A stretch of 64,000 nucleotides of DNA from a virus, in IMG/VR virus record IMGVR_UViG_3300034170_000023, positions 1-64,000 of that record, one strand, 5' to 3'. How positions within the stretch are numbered: the stretch's first letter is position 1; each line of letters starts with the position of its first letter. A program made the position numbers and the translations under genes. Of the stretch, positions 20,761 through 30,818 are shown piece after piece. The notes beneath the pieces were generated by a model. That model was not told the origin of the DNA, did not search any database, and saw only the letters and a list, made by a program, of their open reading frames with translations.

Positions 20761-21383
20761 TGAAGAAAATACTATTCTGCGGTGATTCAACAATGGTCGG
20801 CCGTACCCGAAAACCGGGGATTGCTGACCTAGTGGTGTCAGAGTTTAATGAGCCTAAGGTTTGCAATGACTTACTTGTTGCAAAGTATGGTGCAGGTGCG
20901 GTCACTATTATTAATGCTGGGATTGGAGGCACTAACTGTATCCAGTGGTGTAATGGTGACCCATCCTTCGCTATGCCTTCAATGTCTGCTAGGATGTTAC
21001 TTCCTGAGAATGCTGATGTAGATATTGTAGTAGTGCAGATTGGTATTAATGATGCCTTCAATGGATCTGTTACTATTGATGCTTTTAATTGGTGCTTGCA
21101 AGAGATGTGGCGAATTGTTGTTAAGGTGCATGGTAAGAAGATTATTTTTTGTACACCATCTCCGATTGACAATGCTGCTGGTCCACGTCTCTGGACAATG
21201 CAGAATGGTATGAAGCAAGTGGCTGCTGCTTGTGGTGTTCAAGTTGTTGACCACTATGCATCCTTACTATCCGTAGCAGCGGGTTGGACTATCCTCTTAT
21301 CAGATAATACACACCCAACAGATGAGCTGTATGCTTTCAAGGGTCATGCAATGTTCTTAGCCCTAATTCCACATTTCAAATAG
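20760..21383 (+). CDS. SGNH/GDSL hydrolase
   Basis: Blocks GDST, NAGIGG, GIND, DNTHP. Confidence 0.85.
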   Translation: MKKILFCGDSTMVGRTRKPGIADLVVSEFNEPKVCNDLLVAKYGAGAVTIINAGIGGTNCIQWCNGDPSFAMPSMSARMLLPENADVDIVVVQIGINDAFNGSVTIDAFNWCLQEMWRIVVKVHGKKIIFCTPSPIDNAAGPRLWTMQNGMKQVAAACGVQVVDHYASLLSVAAGWTILLSDNTHPTDELYAFKGHAMFLALIPHFK

Positions 21384-21393
21384 AGGTATCACT

Positions 21394-21543
21394 ATGCAAT
21401 ATGTTCAGTTTGCAGACACTGACCAGAAAAGTATCACTAGTGTCTTTGGATGTGCTCAGGACGAAGTAGATCATCCAAATCAAGGTAAGGTGGAAGATAA
21501 TGATCCTCGATATCTGGCATTCCTAGAAACCTTAACTGAATAG
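21394..21543 (+). CDS. Small tail-fibre-associated protein (49 aa, not in ORF track)
   Basis: GAGG RBS; MQYVQFADTDQKSITSVFGCAQDEVDHPNQGKVEDNDPRYLAF. Confidence 0.65.
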   Translation: MQYVQFADTDQKSITSVFGCAQDEVDHPNQGKVEDNDPRYLAFLETLTE

Positions 21544-21550
21544 GGAACTT

Positions 21551-22075
21551 ATGAGCACCAACTCTAATTTGTATAAAAAGCTTCTTGGAGTTGGGCTTGG
21601 CTCAGCTCTCGCTATTAGTGGGGCATTCTTAGTCAGCCCGTCAGAGGGTCTTGTAAATAAAACATACAAAGACCCTATTGGTATCATTACGGCGTGTAGA
21701 GGGCACGTAGACAGTTCATTGAAGATGGGACAAACATTCACAACAGATCAGTGTGACGCTATCTTTGCAGACGATCTTGTAAAGCATGATAGGCAATTAC
21801 TCTCTGTTGTAACTGTCCCTTTCAAGTCAGACTACGAACATGCAGCAATGTTATCCTTTGTTTATAACGTAGGTATTGGGAAGTTTAAATCCTCTACAAT
21901 GCTCACTAAACTAAACAATGGTAATCATGCTGGCGCCTGCTCTGAGTTGACTAAATGGGTATACGCAGCAGGAAAGAAATTAAATGGCTTAGTCACTAGA
22001 CGCACACTAGAGTATAAGATGTGCATAGGTGAAGTTCCTTTGGAGATTGCTAATGAAGTTAGTGGAAAACAGTAA
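21551..22075 (+). CDS. SAR endolysin (GH24 lysozyme)
   Basis: Gly/Ala/Ser-rich N-terminal anchor then E-8x-D-5x-T triad (SEG...YKD...ITACRGH); FVYNVG, LVTRR. Confidence 0.9.
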   Translation: MSTNSNLYKKLLGVGLGSALAISGAFLVSPSEGLVNKTYKDPIGIITACRGHVDSSLKMGQTFTTDQCDAIFADDLVKHDRQLLSVVTVPFKSDYEHAAMLSFVYNVGIGKFKSSTMLTKLNNGNHAGACSELTKWVYAAGKKLNGLVTRRTLEYKMCIGEVPLEIANEVSGKQ

Positions 22076-22286
22076 GAACCTTTGGAAGAGTTACAGCGTC
22101 ATCTCTCATATACTAAACCTTCTAGTGGCTATCTCAGCAGTAGGACTAAGTGCCTTACCAATCCTAAGTGATTACATTGCTCCGGGATTGTTATTTGGTA
22201 TTGTAGGTTGTCTTAGTCTGGCTGGGCTAGTTGGCAGGTATGTGAAGCAGTCGCTAGATGAAGAAAAGGATAAAGAAGATGTTTAA
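22053..22286 (+). CDS. Putative holin
   Basis: Two TM segments, charged C-terminal tail; overlaps endolysin end. Confidence 0.6.
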   Translation: MKLVENSKNLWKSYSVISHILNLLVAISAVGLSALPILSDYIAPGLLFGIVGCLSLAGLVGRYVKQSLDEEKDKEDV

Positions 22287-22746
22287 TGGTGTCTTCTTTT
22301 ACTTATCCATATTCTTAGCGATTACAACAGCCTCTGTTGGCTGGTATTCTGTGCATGAAACAGCGTTGTTAGCTGTAGCTGAACATTCCCTCAAGGAACA
22401 AGAGAACGTCGTTTTATCCCTACAAAACTACCTCACTTTACAGGATAAATCTTGCAAACAAGATGTCCAGAGTGTTGTAGAAGTGGAAGCTCAGAAGATT
22501 AACCTAAGACTGAAGATGGATGCTGTTACTGAACAGATTGCTTCTCTCAATTCTGGCCTTAAACAAGAAGCTACTGTAGAAACTCCCTCAACAACCAAAC
22601 AAACTAATAAGGTGGTGAGTATTAATGCAACCTCTAAAAGTAATGTCCTTACTGGCCCTGAGTTGCTTAGCCCTCAACTTATCGGCTTGTTACACCAATC
22701 CTTCTGTAGTGCAGAGACCACAGACAGTCAATGTCTACCCAAGTGA
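22279..22746 (+). CDS. i-spanin (Rz-like)
   Basis: N-terminal TM plus coiled coil. Confidence 0.65.
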   Translation: MFNGVFFYLSIFLAITTASVGWYSVHETALLAVAEHSLKEQENVVLSLQNYLTLQDKSCKQDVQSVVEVEAQKINLRLKMDAVTEQIASLNSGLKQEATVETPSTTKQTNKVVSINATSKSNVLTGPELLSPQLIGLLHQSFCSAETTDSQCLPK

Positions 22747-22912
22747 TGCACTCTTAGTTGACCCCTGCAAAGCTGTCAGTGCTGGTGAGAGTTTAATTGA
22801 ACTAGCTCAAGCCTACAACAAGAACACATCTTGCATTGGGATGTTCCACTTGCAGATGAATAAGCTTCGTGAAAACAAAGCTGCACAGGAAGTTCTCTAT
22901 CATGTCAAATGA
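22625..22912 (+). CDS. o-spanin (Rz1-like lipoprotein)
   Basis: Signal peptide with lipobox LSAC; overlaps i-spanin 3' end. Confidence 0.75.
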   Translation: MQPLKVMSLLALSCLALNLSACYTNPSVVQRPQTVNVYPSDALLVDPCKAVSAGESLIELAQAYNKNTSCIGMFHLQMNKLRENKAAQEVLYHVK

Positions 22913-23219
22913 CGATACTAACATTAAGATCAACAACCTGTGGGAAAGGCTGTGTCTAGGACTTCTCTCCTTCATTGTTAGCTGTCTATTCCTTTTCTAT
23001 CAAGGTCAGCGTGAAGACTTTAAAGGGCTTGAAGAGAAAGTTGTGACGATGCAGACAGGTAAGGTCAACAAAGAAGACCTCCGAGAGGTTGAGGCAAGGC
23101 TTAACACTAAAATGGATGCTGGCTTCTCCAACTTAATTGCTAGGAGTGCTCAGGATAAAGCTGATGTGATTTCTCGTCTAGACTTATATTTTAGTCAGGT
23201 GAAGAACACTAAGCGATAA
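22902..23219 (+). CDS. Membrane-anchored coiled-coil protein
   Basis: Single TM then coiled coil. Confidence 0.5.
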   Translation: MSNDDTNIKINNLWERLCLGLLSFIVSCLFLFYQGQREDFKGLEEKVVTMQTGKVNKEDLREVEARLNTKMDAGFSNLIARSAQDKADVISRLDLYFSQVKNTKR

Positions 23220-23227
23220 GGGGATTT

Positions 23228-23566
23228 ATGATTTGGTTAGCGATTGAAAGGGCTATACATCTAACCACTCTAGTATTATTGATAATCATGATCTCTATCA
23301 TTTTCTCTAATAACAAAAGTACACAAGAAGTAGGCAACTTTAGCATTAAGCTTGATTCTGTCAAACAAGATATCTATAAAGTGATGAGTAATAATGTTGA
23401 TTATCAAGACTCAAGGATTAATAAACTAGCTGAGAATCAAGACTCATATCAAGTGGGTACTGACCAGAGAGTTTACTTGCTAGAACAACAGATAAAGTTA
23501 GTGCAAGCAACCAATAAGAATAATAATCGTATTGTGAACACTAACATTAATACTGTGAATAATTAA
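23228..23566 (+). CDS. Membrane-anchored coiled-coil protein
   Basis: Single TM then coiled coil. Confidence 0.5.
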   Translation: MIWLAIERAIHLTTLVLLIIMISIIFSNNKSTQEVGNFSIKLDSVKQDIYKVMSNNVDYQDSRINKLAENQDSYQVGTDQRVYLLEQQIKLVQATNKNNNRIVNTNINTVNN

Positions 23567-23628
23567 AATAATATTACAATAAGAAACACAAACAGGTGAC
23601 TGCCCTTACCTGAATCTCGGATACAATT

Positions 23629-23667
23629 AGGCCCGGCCATCCTGTGAAGGAGCCGGGCCTTTCTTTG
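23629..23667 (+). terminator. Terminator ending the late operon at the convergence point
   Basis: AGGCCCGGC...GCCGGGCCT-TTCTTT. Confidence 0.8.
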
Positions 23668-23679
23668 TCTAAAATAAAG

Positions 23680-24719
23680 TTATTCAGTGTACTTCACAGC
23701 AATTTCGAAAGGTTGTACACTCATAGCCGTATAGCTAAATTCTTTTTTAACTTTATTCACAGAACTTTCCTTTGGAAACACCTTCACCCCCTCTTGTGGT
23801 GATTGCTTAATAACTTCAATCACTCTCTTGTGTTCAGTTTGTTTAATGAGCTTATTCTCTAGGTAATAATAGCCTCCGAAGAGTGTGATAGCTAAAGCTA
23901 AGAGGATACAGGATATGTCGCAGAGTAGATACTTTTTCATTAGATTTCTTCTCCGTTAAGTGAGATAAAGTCAGCACACAACTTCTTGAAATTGCCATCA
24001 TAACCTTCTGATGAGAGCCGTAAAGTGGCTTCATATAGTAGAGCTAAAGATTCCTCTAGCTTCAGTTTCAGTTGGATAATTTTATCTTTCTTTTTCATTA
24101 GATATAGCACTCCGAATAAAGGGTTCCGGGACAAGTATCTTCACGGATAATCTGACCTGCTGCTTTAGCAATTACATAAGCTTCTTTACGGGCTAGAAAG
24201 TTACCGTATTGGTCAGTGAAGCCTTGTACCATTCCACCAAGTCCACACCACTCTTGCAACTCTTCTTCCATCACCATAATCTGCATTTCCATGATAGGGC
24301 AACTATGACGTGTGCCTGTTACAATATAGCCATTATAGTTATAGGCAGCTTGGGCGATTCGACGTTGTACACCATAATATTCCCAACGCATACGTCCATC
24401 TTCCATAATGTTACCACGTAGACGTTCTTGGTATTGTTCTACGACAGCTTTGATTCGTTCAATTGACATTTGTATTTTCCAAAGCTTTAGAATACACGAA
24501 TACGAATAATTGTTCAAAGCTTATCTCTATAGTTTCTTCGTTGGTGTAGTCTAGATTGGTTTCATACGAAGGCAGATATTCAATCTTTACAGTCCAACCT
24601 GTCAAAGACCTTGTGTACTTGTTTACAGTTAGGTGCTTGTTGTGTTTATCCCAGTAAAAGTCATGGGTGTCTTGTGAGCCTGACCTAATGAAGTCTGCAA
24701 GTAGTGTTTCAAAATTCAT
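23680..24719 (-). CDS. Four small hypothetical genes (23680-23940, 23940-24098, 24098-24469, 24459-24719)
   Basis: Abutting or overlapping ORFs with RBSs; one carries QGFTDQYGNFLARKEA, a common phage hypothetical motif. Confidence 0.55.
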
Positions 24720-24738
24720 TTGTTAATCTCCTAATAAA

Positions 24739-24771
24739 GAAAAAGCTCCACCTGATTTCTCAAGCAGAGCC
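24739..24771 (-). terminator. Terminator after RNR operon
   Basis: On - strand GGCTCTGCTTGA-GAAA-TCAGGTGGAGCT-TTTTC. Confidence 0.7.
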
Positions 24772-24798
24772 AAATTATGAATCATTTATGGGGTTGTG

Positions 24799-26532
24799 TC
24801 AAGCACTGCACGAAATACATTCATCCTTCACCACAACACCACTACGAGAGTAGATGTAATACTGACTCAAGATGTTCTCATCTAGCAACACCTTTGTCAA
24901 CAGTGTAGCAATCAAATCCTCACTCCCATCCTCTGGAACATAGAAGTTTAAACTCTGACCTTGACAAGTATACTGCTGGCGTTGACTTGCGTGGCGTAGA
25001 AGAATCTCTTGATCCATTTCAAAGCCATTTAGATATACCAACTTCTCTTCTTCATCAGCCCAATCAACATGTTGAATAGAGCCAAGGTGGTCGATAATAT
25101 CTTTAACAGTCTCTTCTGTGTAAACTCCCTTGTCCTTCATAAACTTATAGAACATTGGAGGAATACGTCGTAGCTCTCCAACACTACTACCAGCATCAAA
25201 GATCATGCCCGGATCTGGGAACCATGATTCACTAACACCACCCATCAACAAGCTTGTAGTCTTAGTTGGGGCATAGGCTGTACGGTGTGTATTACGAACA
25301 CCATAACCTTCACACCACTCAGGACTTCCATACTCTTTAGCTAACCACTCACTTGCACGCAAGGATTCATCATTCAAGTGTTTAGCAATGCGTGTACTTA
25401 GGAACTGAGCTTCCAAACTAATGTAAGGGATGTTCTTAGATTGCAAATAAGTATGGAAACCTAAAACACCCAAACCAATTGCACGACCTTTAATTGTAAA
25501 CTCACGAACCTTTTCAAGACCTGTAATGTCTACAGACTTTTCAATGAACTCTGAACACAAGCAGTCAAGGAAGACGGTTGCAATGAACACTGACTCACGT
25601 TCTGGTATAGTATCCCAGTGAACAAGGTTCAAGGAAGCTAAGATACAAGAGTAGGTTAGCAACTCAGAGCTGTGCAACATAATTTCCGTACAAAGGTTTG
25701 AAGCTTCAATAAACAAGCCCCAGTCTTTGTACATCTTAGGACGGTGACGGTTTGCACAATCTACCTTAAACAGATAACCTTTGCCAGTTGTCAGCTTAGT
25801 GTATACAGCTTTAATCCAACGACGATTCGCTTCTGGGTCATTCTGTTTTAACTTCTCAATAAAAGTATCTTTAATGATCCAACCATAGTTCTTACCATTA
25901 TGATCATGAGCAAGGGAATCACATGCTTCTTCCCAATCACCATGTTCAATGTCTAGGTAGGCGCCAATAGAGCCTCGACGAGCACCACCTTGACTGATCT
26001 TAGCTACAGCAGTGAAGTAATCATCAATTACTGGGACAGCACCATTAGCTTTACCACCAGCACTAATCTTACTGCCTCGTGGACGGATATGGCTAAAGTT
26101 TGCACTTGTACCAAAACCCTCTTTTGATAACAAAGCAGTCTCTTTAATACCATCGTAGAAACTTACAACACTATCACCAATCAATTGACCAGAGCAAGCT
26201 ACCATCATCCCACGATCAGTGCCTGTATTAGCCAAAGCTGGTGAACTAGGGGAGAGAATACCATCCCACAACTCATTAAAGAACTTCTGTTCCCACTCAG
26301 CTTCACGACCTTTCATATGTTTCGAGAGGGTATTAGCAATCTTCTGATGACGACCTAAAACCGCAGCTTCGTCTTTATAAGCATACTTCTCACGGAACAT
26401 TTGCCACCCTTGTGTTGAATACCACTCAGGTAGGTGCCCTTTCTTTTGTAGCTTCTTACGTTCTTTACTTAGCTGTTCAAACTTCTGTAGTTCCTCTTCA
26501 GGGATGTCGCCTACACTGTCTTCAATTAACAT
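24799..26532 (-). CDS. nrdA: Ribonucleotide reductase class I alpha subunit (no ATP cone)
   Basis: SPSSP, QGGARRG, SNLCTEI, APTKTTS, YYIY, C-terminal ECISCSA. Confidence 0.92.
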   Translation of the reverse strand: MLIEDSVGDIPEEELQKFEQLSKERKKLQKKGHLPEWYSTQGWQMFREKYAYKDEAAVLGRHQKIANTLSKHMKGREAEWEQKFFNELWDGILSPSSPALANTGTDRGMMVACSGQLIGDSVVSFYDGIKETALLSKEGFGTSANFSHIRPRGSKISAGGKANGAVPVIDDYFTAVAKISQGGARRGSIGAYLDIEHGDWEEACDSLAHDHNGKNYGWIIKDTFIEKLKQNDPEANRRWIKAVYTKLTTGKGYLFKVDCANRHRPKMYKDWGLFIEASNLCTEIMLHSSELLTYSCILASLNLVHWDTIPERESVFIATVFLDCLCSEFIEKSVDITGLEKVREFTIKGRAIGLGVLGFHTYLQSKNIPYISLEAQFLSTRIAKHLNDESLRASEWLAKEYGSPEWCEGYGVRNTHRTAYAPTKTTSLLMGGVSESWFPDPGMIFDAGSSVGELRRIPPMFYKFMKDKGVYTEETVKDIIDHLGSIQHVDWADEEEKLVYLNGFEMDQEILLRHASQRQQYTCQGQSLNFYVPEDGSEDLIATLLTKVLLDENILSQYYIYSRSGVVVKDECISCSA

Positions 26533-27540
26533 TTATACCAATTCCTTTTTAAAACCCAAGAGGTGTTTAGACCAGTTACGTGTGTACTGTAGCTGTGTGC
26601 TTGCAAAGAAGTCTGGAACCTTAACAGTAGACAGTTGTTGATAGAACCAACCACTAATAACACTCTGTTTACGTTCAAACATTGGTGGTCGATCAAGTCG
26701 ATTCATCACAATATTAATTCGATCTTCCAAGAATTCAATACACTCTTTCTTCTTCACAACACGATTCTTTCCAATCTCAAACATTTTGTCTATGATAAGA
26801 AGCTCATGATTATACACATCCAAGGCAATCTTATCAATCTTTTCATTCAGGATATTGTCACGACGTGTGCTGTGATTCCCTAAATCTTTACGTTCAGCTT
26901 TACATTGTTTAAACAAGTTGGCTGATGCAATAGAGTGAAAATTCTCATCCTTAGCACTTCCATCGATACCACTAACGAAGTGTGGTATTAAGTTAAAACC
27001 ACGACTGTTGAAACCTTTGAAGTAACCAAACACTGAGAATAGGATGGCACCTTCCATAAAGGCTAAGGCTGCTGTTACTTCAAGTGCATCATTACTGCTT
27101 GCACACTGACTAATAAACTTAATTCGTTCTGATAGTACAGGGTCCAGTTTCCATTGAGTGTAGAACTCATCTGTTGCTTTACCCAGCACTTTGTTACCTA
27201 GATCGTAGAAGGGTGCATGGCTACCCAATTCAACATTAGCAAAGCAAGCGCACATCCGTTGAATTTCTGGACGTGGAAATAGCTTTGCAATCTTACCACC
27301 CCACAACTCATCACCCCCAATCATCAGTTCATATTGAGTAAGAATAGATTGTGCTGTCAGAATACCGTGCAATTCACCCGCAGTTAGATTAGTTCGGAAA
27401 TCTTGTTCATCGTCATCAACACCTAACTCTTCAGCAGGCCAGAACAACGACTGTTGTTGAATAGCCATCTCAGTTGCCCAAGGGTAGTGTGTAACATATG
27501 AATCGGTTGGTGTTTCAATTTGACTTAAGTGCTTTGACAA
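26533..27540 (-). CDS. nrdB: Ribonucleotide reductase class I beta subunit
   Basis: FWPAEE, PRPEI, E..SH...Y, FMEG, DENFH, PDFF. Confidence 0.9.
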   Translation of the reverse strand: MSKHLSQIETPTDSYVTHYPWATEMAIQQQSLFWPAEELGVDDDEQDFRTNLTAGELHGILTAQSILTQYELMIGGDELWGGKIAKLFPRPEIQRMCACFANVELGSHAPFYDLGNKVLGKATDEFYTQWKLDPVLSERIKFISQCASSNDALEVTAALAFMEGAILFSVFGYFKGFNSRGFNLIPHFVSGIDGSAKDENFHSIASANLFKQCKAERKDLGNHSTRRDNILNEKIDKIALDVYNHELLIIDKMFEIGKNRVVKKKECIEFLEDRINIVMNRLDRPPMFERKQSVISGWFYQQLSTVKVPDFFASTQLQYTRNWSKHLLGFKKELV

Positions 27541-27550
27541 CTTCTACCCC

Positions 27551-27910
27551 TTAATTGGCATGTTTCTGCATATGATTAATAATACTTGCTGTACTATCTT
27601 GTTGCTGACCAATAGTCTTCAAAGCAATTCGTAGTTCTAGGTCACAACTATTAACCGTATTCTCCCAACTACATCCAATACTTTTAAGCCACTTTGGGTC
27701 ATCCCGTTCATGTGCTTCCCAACGGAGACAAGTAACAACTTTACCTTGTAAGTTACGGTGCTGACATACTACCTCATCTACCCCAAGGGAGCAATCTAAT
27801 CCATTATCCCACAAATACTTATTAATCTTTTCTTTATCATCTGAACCAAATGCTTCTGAAAACCCTTTGACAAGTAGCATATCCGACAAACTTAGGCTGT
27901 GACCAATCAT
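27551..27910 (-). CDS. Conserved phage hypothetical protein
   Basis: CQHRNLQG motif; RBS. Confidence 0.55.
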   Translation of the reverse strand: MIGHSLSLSDMLLVKGFSEAFGSDDKEKINKYLWDNGLDCSLGVDEVVCQHRNLQGKVVTCLRWEAHERDDPKWLKSIGCSWENTVNSCDLELRIALKTIGQQQDSTASIINHMQKHAN

Positions 27911-28082
27911 ACAATTTCCTTAAATTCTTCTACATCTTTATAATTAATGTTAAACCCTAGAAACGTAAAAGCATCGTGGAAGGCTGCTCCAAGCTCCTGA
28001 GCCTCAAAACAAGCATTTTGATCATTTATTAGAACTCGGTAGAATCCCTCACAGCCATCATCTACGCATTCGACTTCAATAT

Positions 28083-28766
28083 TCACAACTGTTTCTCCAT
28101 CAATTGTTCTAGGAACGGGAAGTGAGCAATAATAGCAGGCTTAACTTTCCGTGCTAAGTCTACATGCTCTTTCTGTGTAACACCCAAATCATCACGAACT
28201 TTCAGATAAGTAATCCACTGACGTACAGTGCCATTTGCATACATATAACTCATTGTGTTACCTTCAGGAAGGATAACACGAGCACACTCTTTAGCGATAT
28301 CATTATCTAATGCCCAACGGTAATTCTCTCGTACTAGATCCAACACTTGAGTCTGTCGTTTATTCCACTCAAACATTAAGTTAAAGTCAAGCTGATTAGT
28401 CAAATCAAGTTCAACACTATTCTGTCGATTCTTGGTATCTTGCATACGAGTTTCACGGATTACAAAAGTTTGGGCTTCTGCGTATCGTTGTGAGAATTCT
28501 TGAAACTTAATGCTTGAATGTCGCAGCACTTGACGAGCAATATCTCGTGGAGCTTCAATCTCAATCACAATATTAGACATATCGAATACTGACCAATGTC
28601 CTACACGCATACAATACTTTAGAAGTCCTGCTGCTGTGTCAAAGTTCTTCTGGTTCTCAGGGTTACTGACACGAGCGCAGTATGCTGGGAGGTCTTCTGC
28701 TGTAGGAATGTAATCAACTACTGGAGTTGTTACACCAATTACTTTTGCACTGATAAAATCAAACAT
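28083..28766 (-). CDS. thyX: Flavin-dependent thymidylate synthase
   Basis: ARVSNP, GHWSVF, RQVLRH...FQEFSQRY, ECARVILP, QKEH. Confidence 0.95.
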   Translation of the reverse strand: MFDFISAKVIGVTTPVVDYIPTAEDLPAYCARVSNPENQKNFDTAAGLLKYCMRVGHWSVFDMSNIVIEIEAPRDIARQVLRHSSIKFQEFSQRYAEAQTFVIRETRMQDTKNRQNSVELDLTNQLDFNLMFEWNKRQTQVLDLVRENYRWALDNDIAKECARVILPEGNTMSYMYANGTVRQWITYLKVRDDLGVTQKEHVDLARKVKPAIIAHFPFLEQLMEKQL

Positions 28767-28943
28767 TACTACTCTCCTTAACCCCGTTAACACTCTTCAA
28801 ATATTCATCAACCTCTTTCCAACTAATATTTGGAAAGTAGACGTACATCATTCCACTTTTAGCTAGATTGTCATAGTCTTCTTTCACCTTAATCAAGTCT
28901 TTCCAGTCTAGTTTACCACGTTCTGTTGGGACTGTTGCATGGA

Positions 28944-29423
28944 TCATTTGAATTCCTTCCCAACAAACTTCTCTAGTGTTGGTCGCTTATGGTCAGCTAG
29001 TTTCAATACCTTCCCATCTTCTTGTCGCTTGACACAATACAGTGTTTCACCTTCATAAACTGTTTGATCAATATAACATGGAACACCATTCTCTTCCAGC
29101 ACTTCTTTACTCATCAAAGCATATGTGTAGGAAGTTGTAATCTTACTTGTATTATTCTCACAAACAGCTTTTAGAGCTTTCTTTGTATCACAACCAAAGG
29201 AATACAGGAGATGCTCTAGCCAAGTGTTGAGGTACTGAATGTCACAATAAGCATCTAGAGCTTCGGTCATGTCATTCTCTTCACAAGCATCTACAAGCTC
29301 ATTTGCTTCCTCTAGGATAAGCTTTGCTTGGAGTTTCAGTTGCTTCCATACATCATATTGATCACCCATTGTAGGAGGAGAGCCAATACCGTAGTTGAAT
29401 TTTTTAACTTCTGACTTGCTCAA
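28944..29423 (-). CDS. MazG-like nucleotide pyrophosphohydrolase
   Basis: EEANEL...EALDAYCD...NNTSK...DGKVLK. Confidence 0.75.
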   Translation of the reverse strand: MSKSEVKKFNYGIGSPPTMGDQYDVWKQLKLQAKLILEEANELVDACEENDMTEALDAYCDIQYLNTWLEHLLYSFGCDTKKALKAVCENNTSKITTSYTYALMSKEVLEENGVPCYIDQTVYEGETLYCVKRQEDGKVLKLADHKRPTLEKFVGKEFK

Positions 29424-29432
29424 TTCTCTTCC

Positions 29433-29657
29433 TTAAATTGTAATGTTGTTTGGTACTTGTTTATTATTAAAGTGTCGTCTTACTGCGTAGCCCCTCATCA
29501 AACTCCAGCAAGTACACGCAATAGTTGTGGAAGTTGCAATACCAATAGGGCTTGTAAAGAACATCAAGCAGCCTAGAGTTAGTAGCCAACTTCCGATCAT
29601 GCCTATCGTAGTACTTGTTGCTATTTCAATCAAGGATTGTTTTCTAGTTTGTGTCAT
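29433..29657 (-). CDS. Small membrane protein
   Basis: QTRKQSLIE...SLMRGYAVRRHFN; two TM segments. Confidence 0.6.
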   Translation of the reverse strand: MTQTRKQSLIEIATSTTIGMIGSWLLTLGCLMFFTSPIGIATSTTIACTCWSLMRGYAVRRHFNNKQVPNNITI

Positions 29658-30135
29658 CCTTAGCCTTCTCCTGAACTAGTACACGTTCTGCAAAGAATAC
29701 CAGCTTTTCAGCATCATAGACAGAGTTATTACCTTTCTTTTTCTTGCCGTTACGATCAGCAGCCATTCGCCAGATTGCCTTAAACAGATTCCCTTCAGCA
29801 AATGTCAAACCAAGAGATTCAATAATATCATTGGCTTCAGCATCATAAGGTCCAGCAAGTGTTGTAGGGTGGGCTACATGAACCTTGTAATAGTTAACAG
29901 AGCCTCCTGTGTGTTCGGCTTCTTGTGTAGTGGTGACCTTACTGACACTCAACAACTCAAGCTCATTCTCAAAGAATGCTTCTGGTCCAGTAGTACCTTC
30001 TGCATATACTTCGTACCCCCATCGGGTGTCAGTGCCTAGTACATAACCAATCCAACCTTCCGGTACAGTTGGTGTATCACGGATAGCAATAACTTTGTCG
30101 CCAATATTAAATTTCTTACTTTCCACTACCGTCAT
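29644..30135 (-). CDS. SH3-like domain plus DUF3310-like domain protein
   Basis: GGSVNYY...DIIESLGLTFAEGNLFKAIWR...YDAEK. Confidence 0.6.
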   Translation of the reverse strand: MTVVESKKFNIGDKVIAIRDTPTVPEGWIGYVLGTDTRWGYEVYAEGTTGPEAFFENELELLSVSKVTTTQEAEHTGGSVNYYKVHVAHPTTLAGPYDAEANDIIESLGLTFAEGNLFKAIWRMAADRNGKKKKGNNSVYDAEKLVFFAERVLVQEKAKDDTN

Positions 30136-30263
30136 TATGTAACTCCTTTAGTCTGCGAATTTGTTCGATCATATCTGCTTGTTGTTGACGCATATTGTGC
30201 ATCTCCTTGTGAAGCTTGTCAACAACTGTTTCTAGTGTTTCTACTCGTTGGTAGAGTCTGAAA

Positions 30264-30818
30264 TCACGCATCTGTATGCCTTTCTGTGTACCCTGCACCT
30301 AGATTATTAAGCTCTTGTATCATTTTATCACGGTACTCACAAGCTAAAGTAAAAGCTACCTCTCCATACTTTTTGTCTGTGAATGTTTTTGATTTCGGCT
30401 TACCATTGATATCTTTCCACTCAGCCCTCCACAACCACCTCTCTTCTCCTGCTATGTTGTATGCAATCCTGTATACCCCTAGGGTTTCATTAATACTATC
30501 AATATTCCTTTTTCTATTCCTCTGATTAATTTTAATCTCCACAAGACGAATGTTTTCAATACTATTGTTTAACTTGTTTCCATCAATATGATCAATAACT
30601 AGTCCAGTGGGTATAGGTCCGTTTATAGTCTCCCATAAAACTCTGTGAATCAGTTGAGTCCTACCATACCAACCCAATTGCCAATATCCGTGGCTGCCTA
30701 CACACCCTACAATAGACCCCTTAGGCTTCTTCAGTCTTCCCCAAGAGTCACGGATATCCCTCTTAGCTACTATACCAGAAGGGCTTTCGCAGTTGTACTC
30801 TATATCCTCAATTTCCAT
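30264..30818 (-). CDS. HNH homing endonuclease with AP2-like C-terminus
   Basis: IHRVLWE...IDHIDGNKLNNSIENIR. Confidence 0.88.
   Translation of the reverse strand: MEIEDIEYNCESPSGIVAKRDIRDSWGRLKKPKGSIVGCVGSHGYWQLGWYGRTQLIHRVLWETINGPIPTGLVIDHIDGNKLNNSIENIRLVEIKINQRNRKRNIDSINETLGVYRIAYNIAGEERWLWRAEWKDINGKPKSKTFTDKKYGEVAFTLACEYRDKMIQELNNLGAGYTERHTDA

Noticed and set aside
19306-21543. Diversity-generating retroelement or invertible tail fibre
   Set aside because: No reverse transcriptase, invertase or template/variable repeat pair seen
209-21741. Minus-strand ORFs under the structural operon (e.g. 4360-4818, 17070-17546, 20735-21172)
   Set aside because: Antisense shadows of biased-codon genes; no RBS or recognisable motifs
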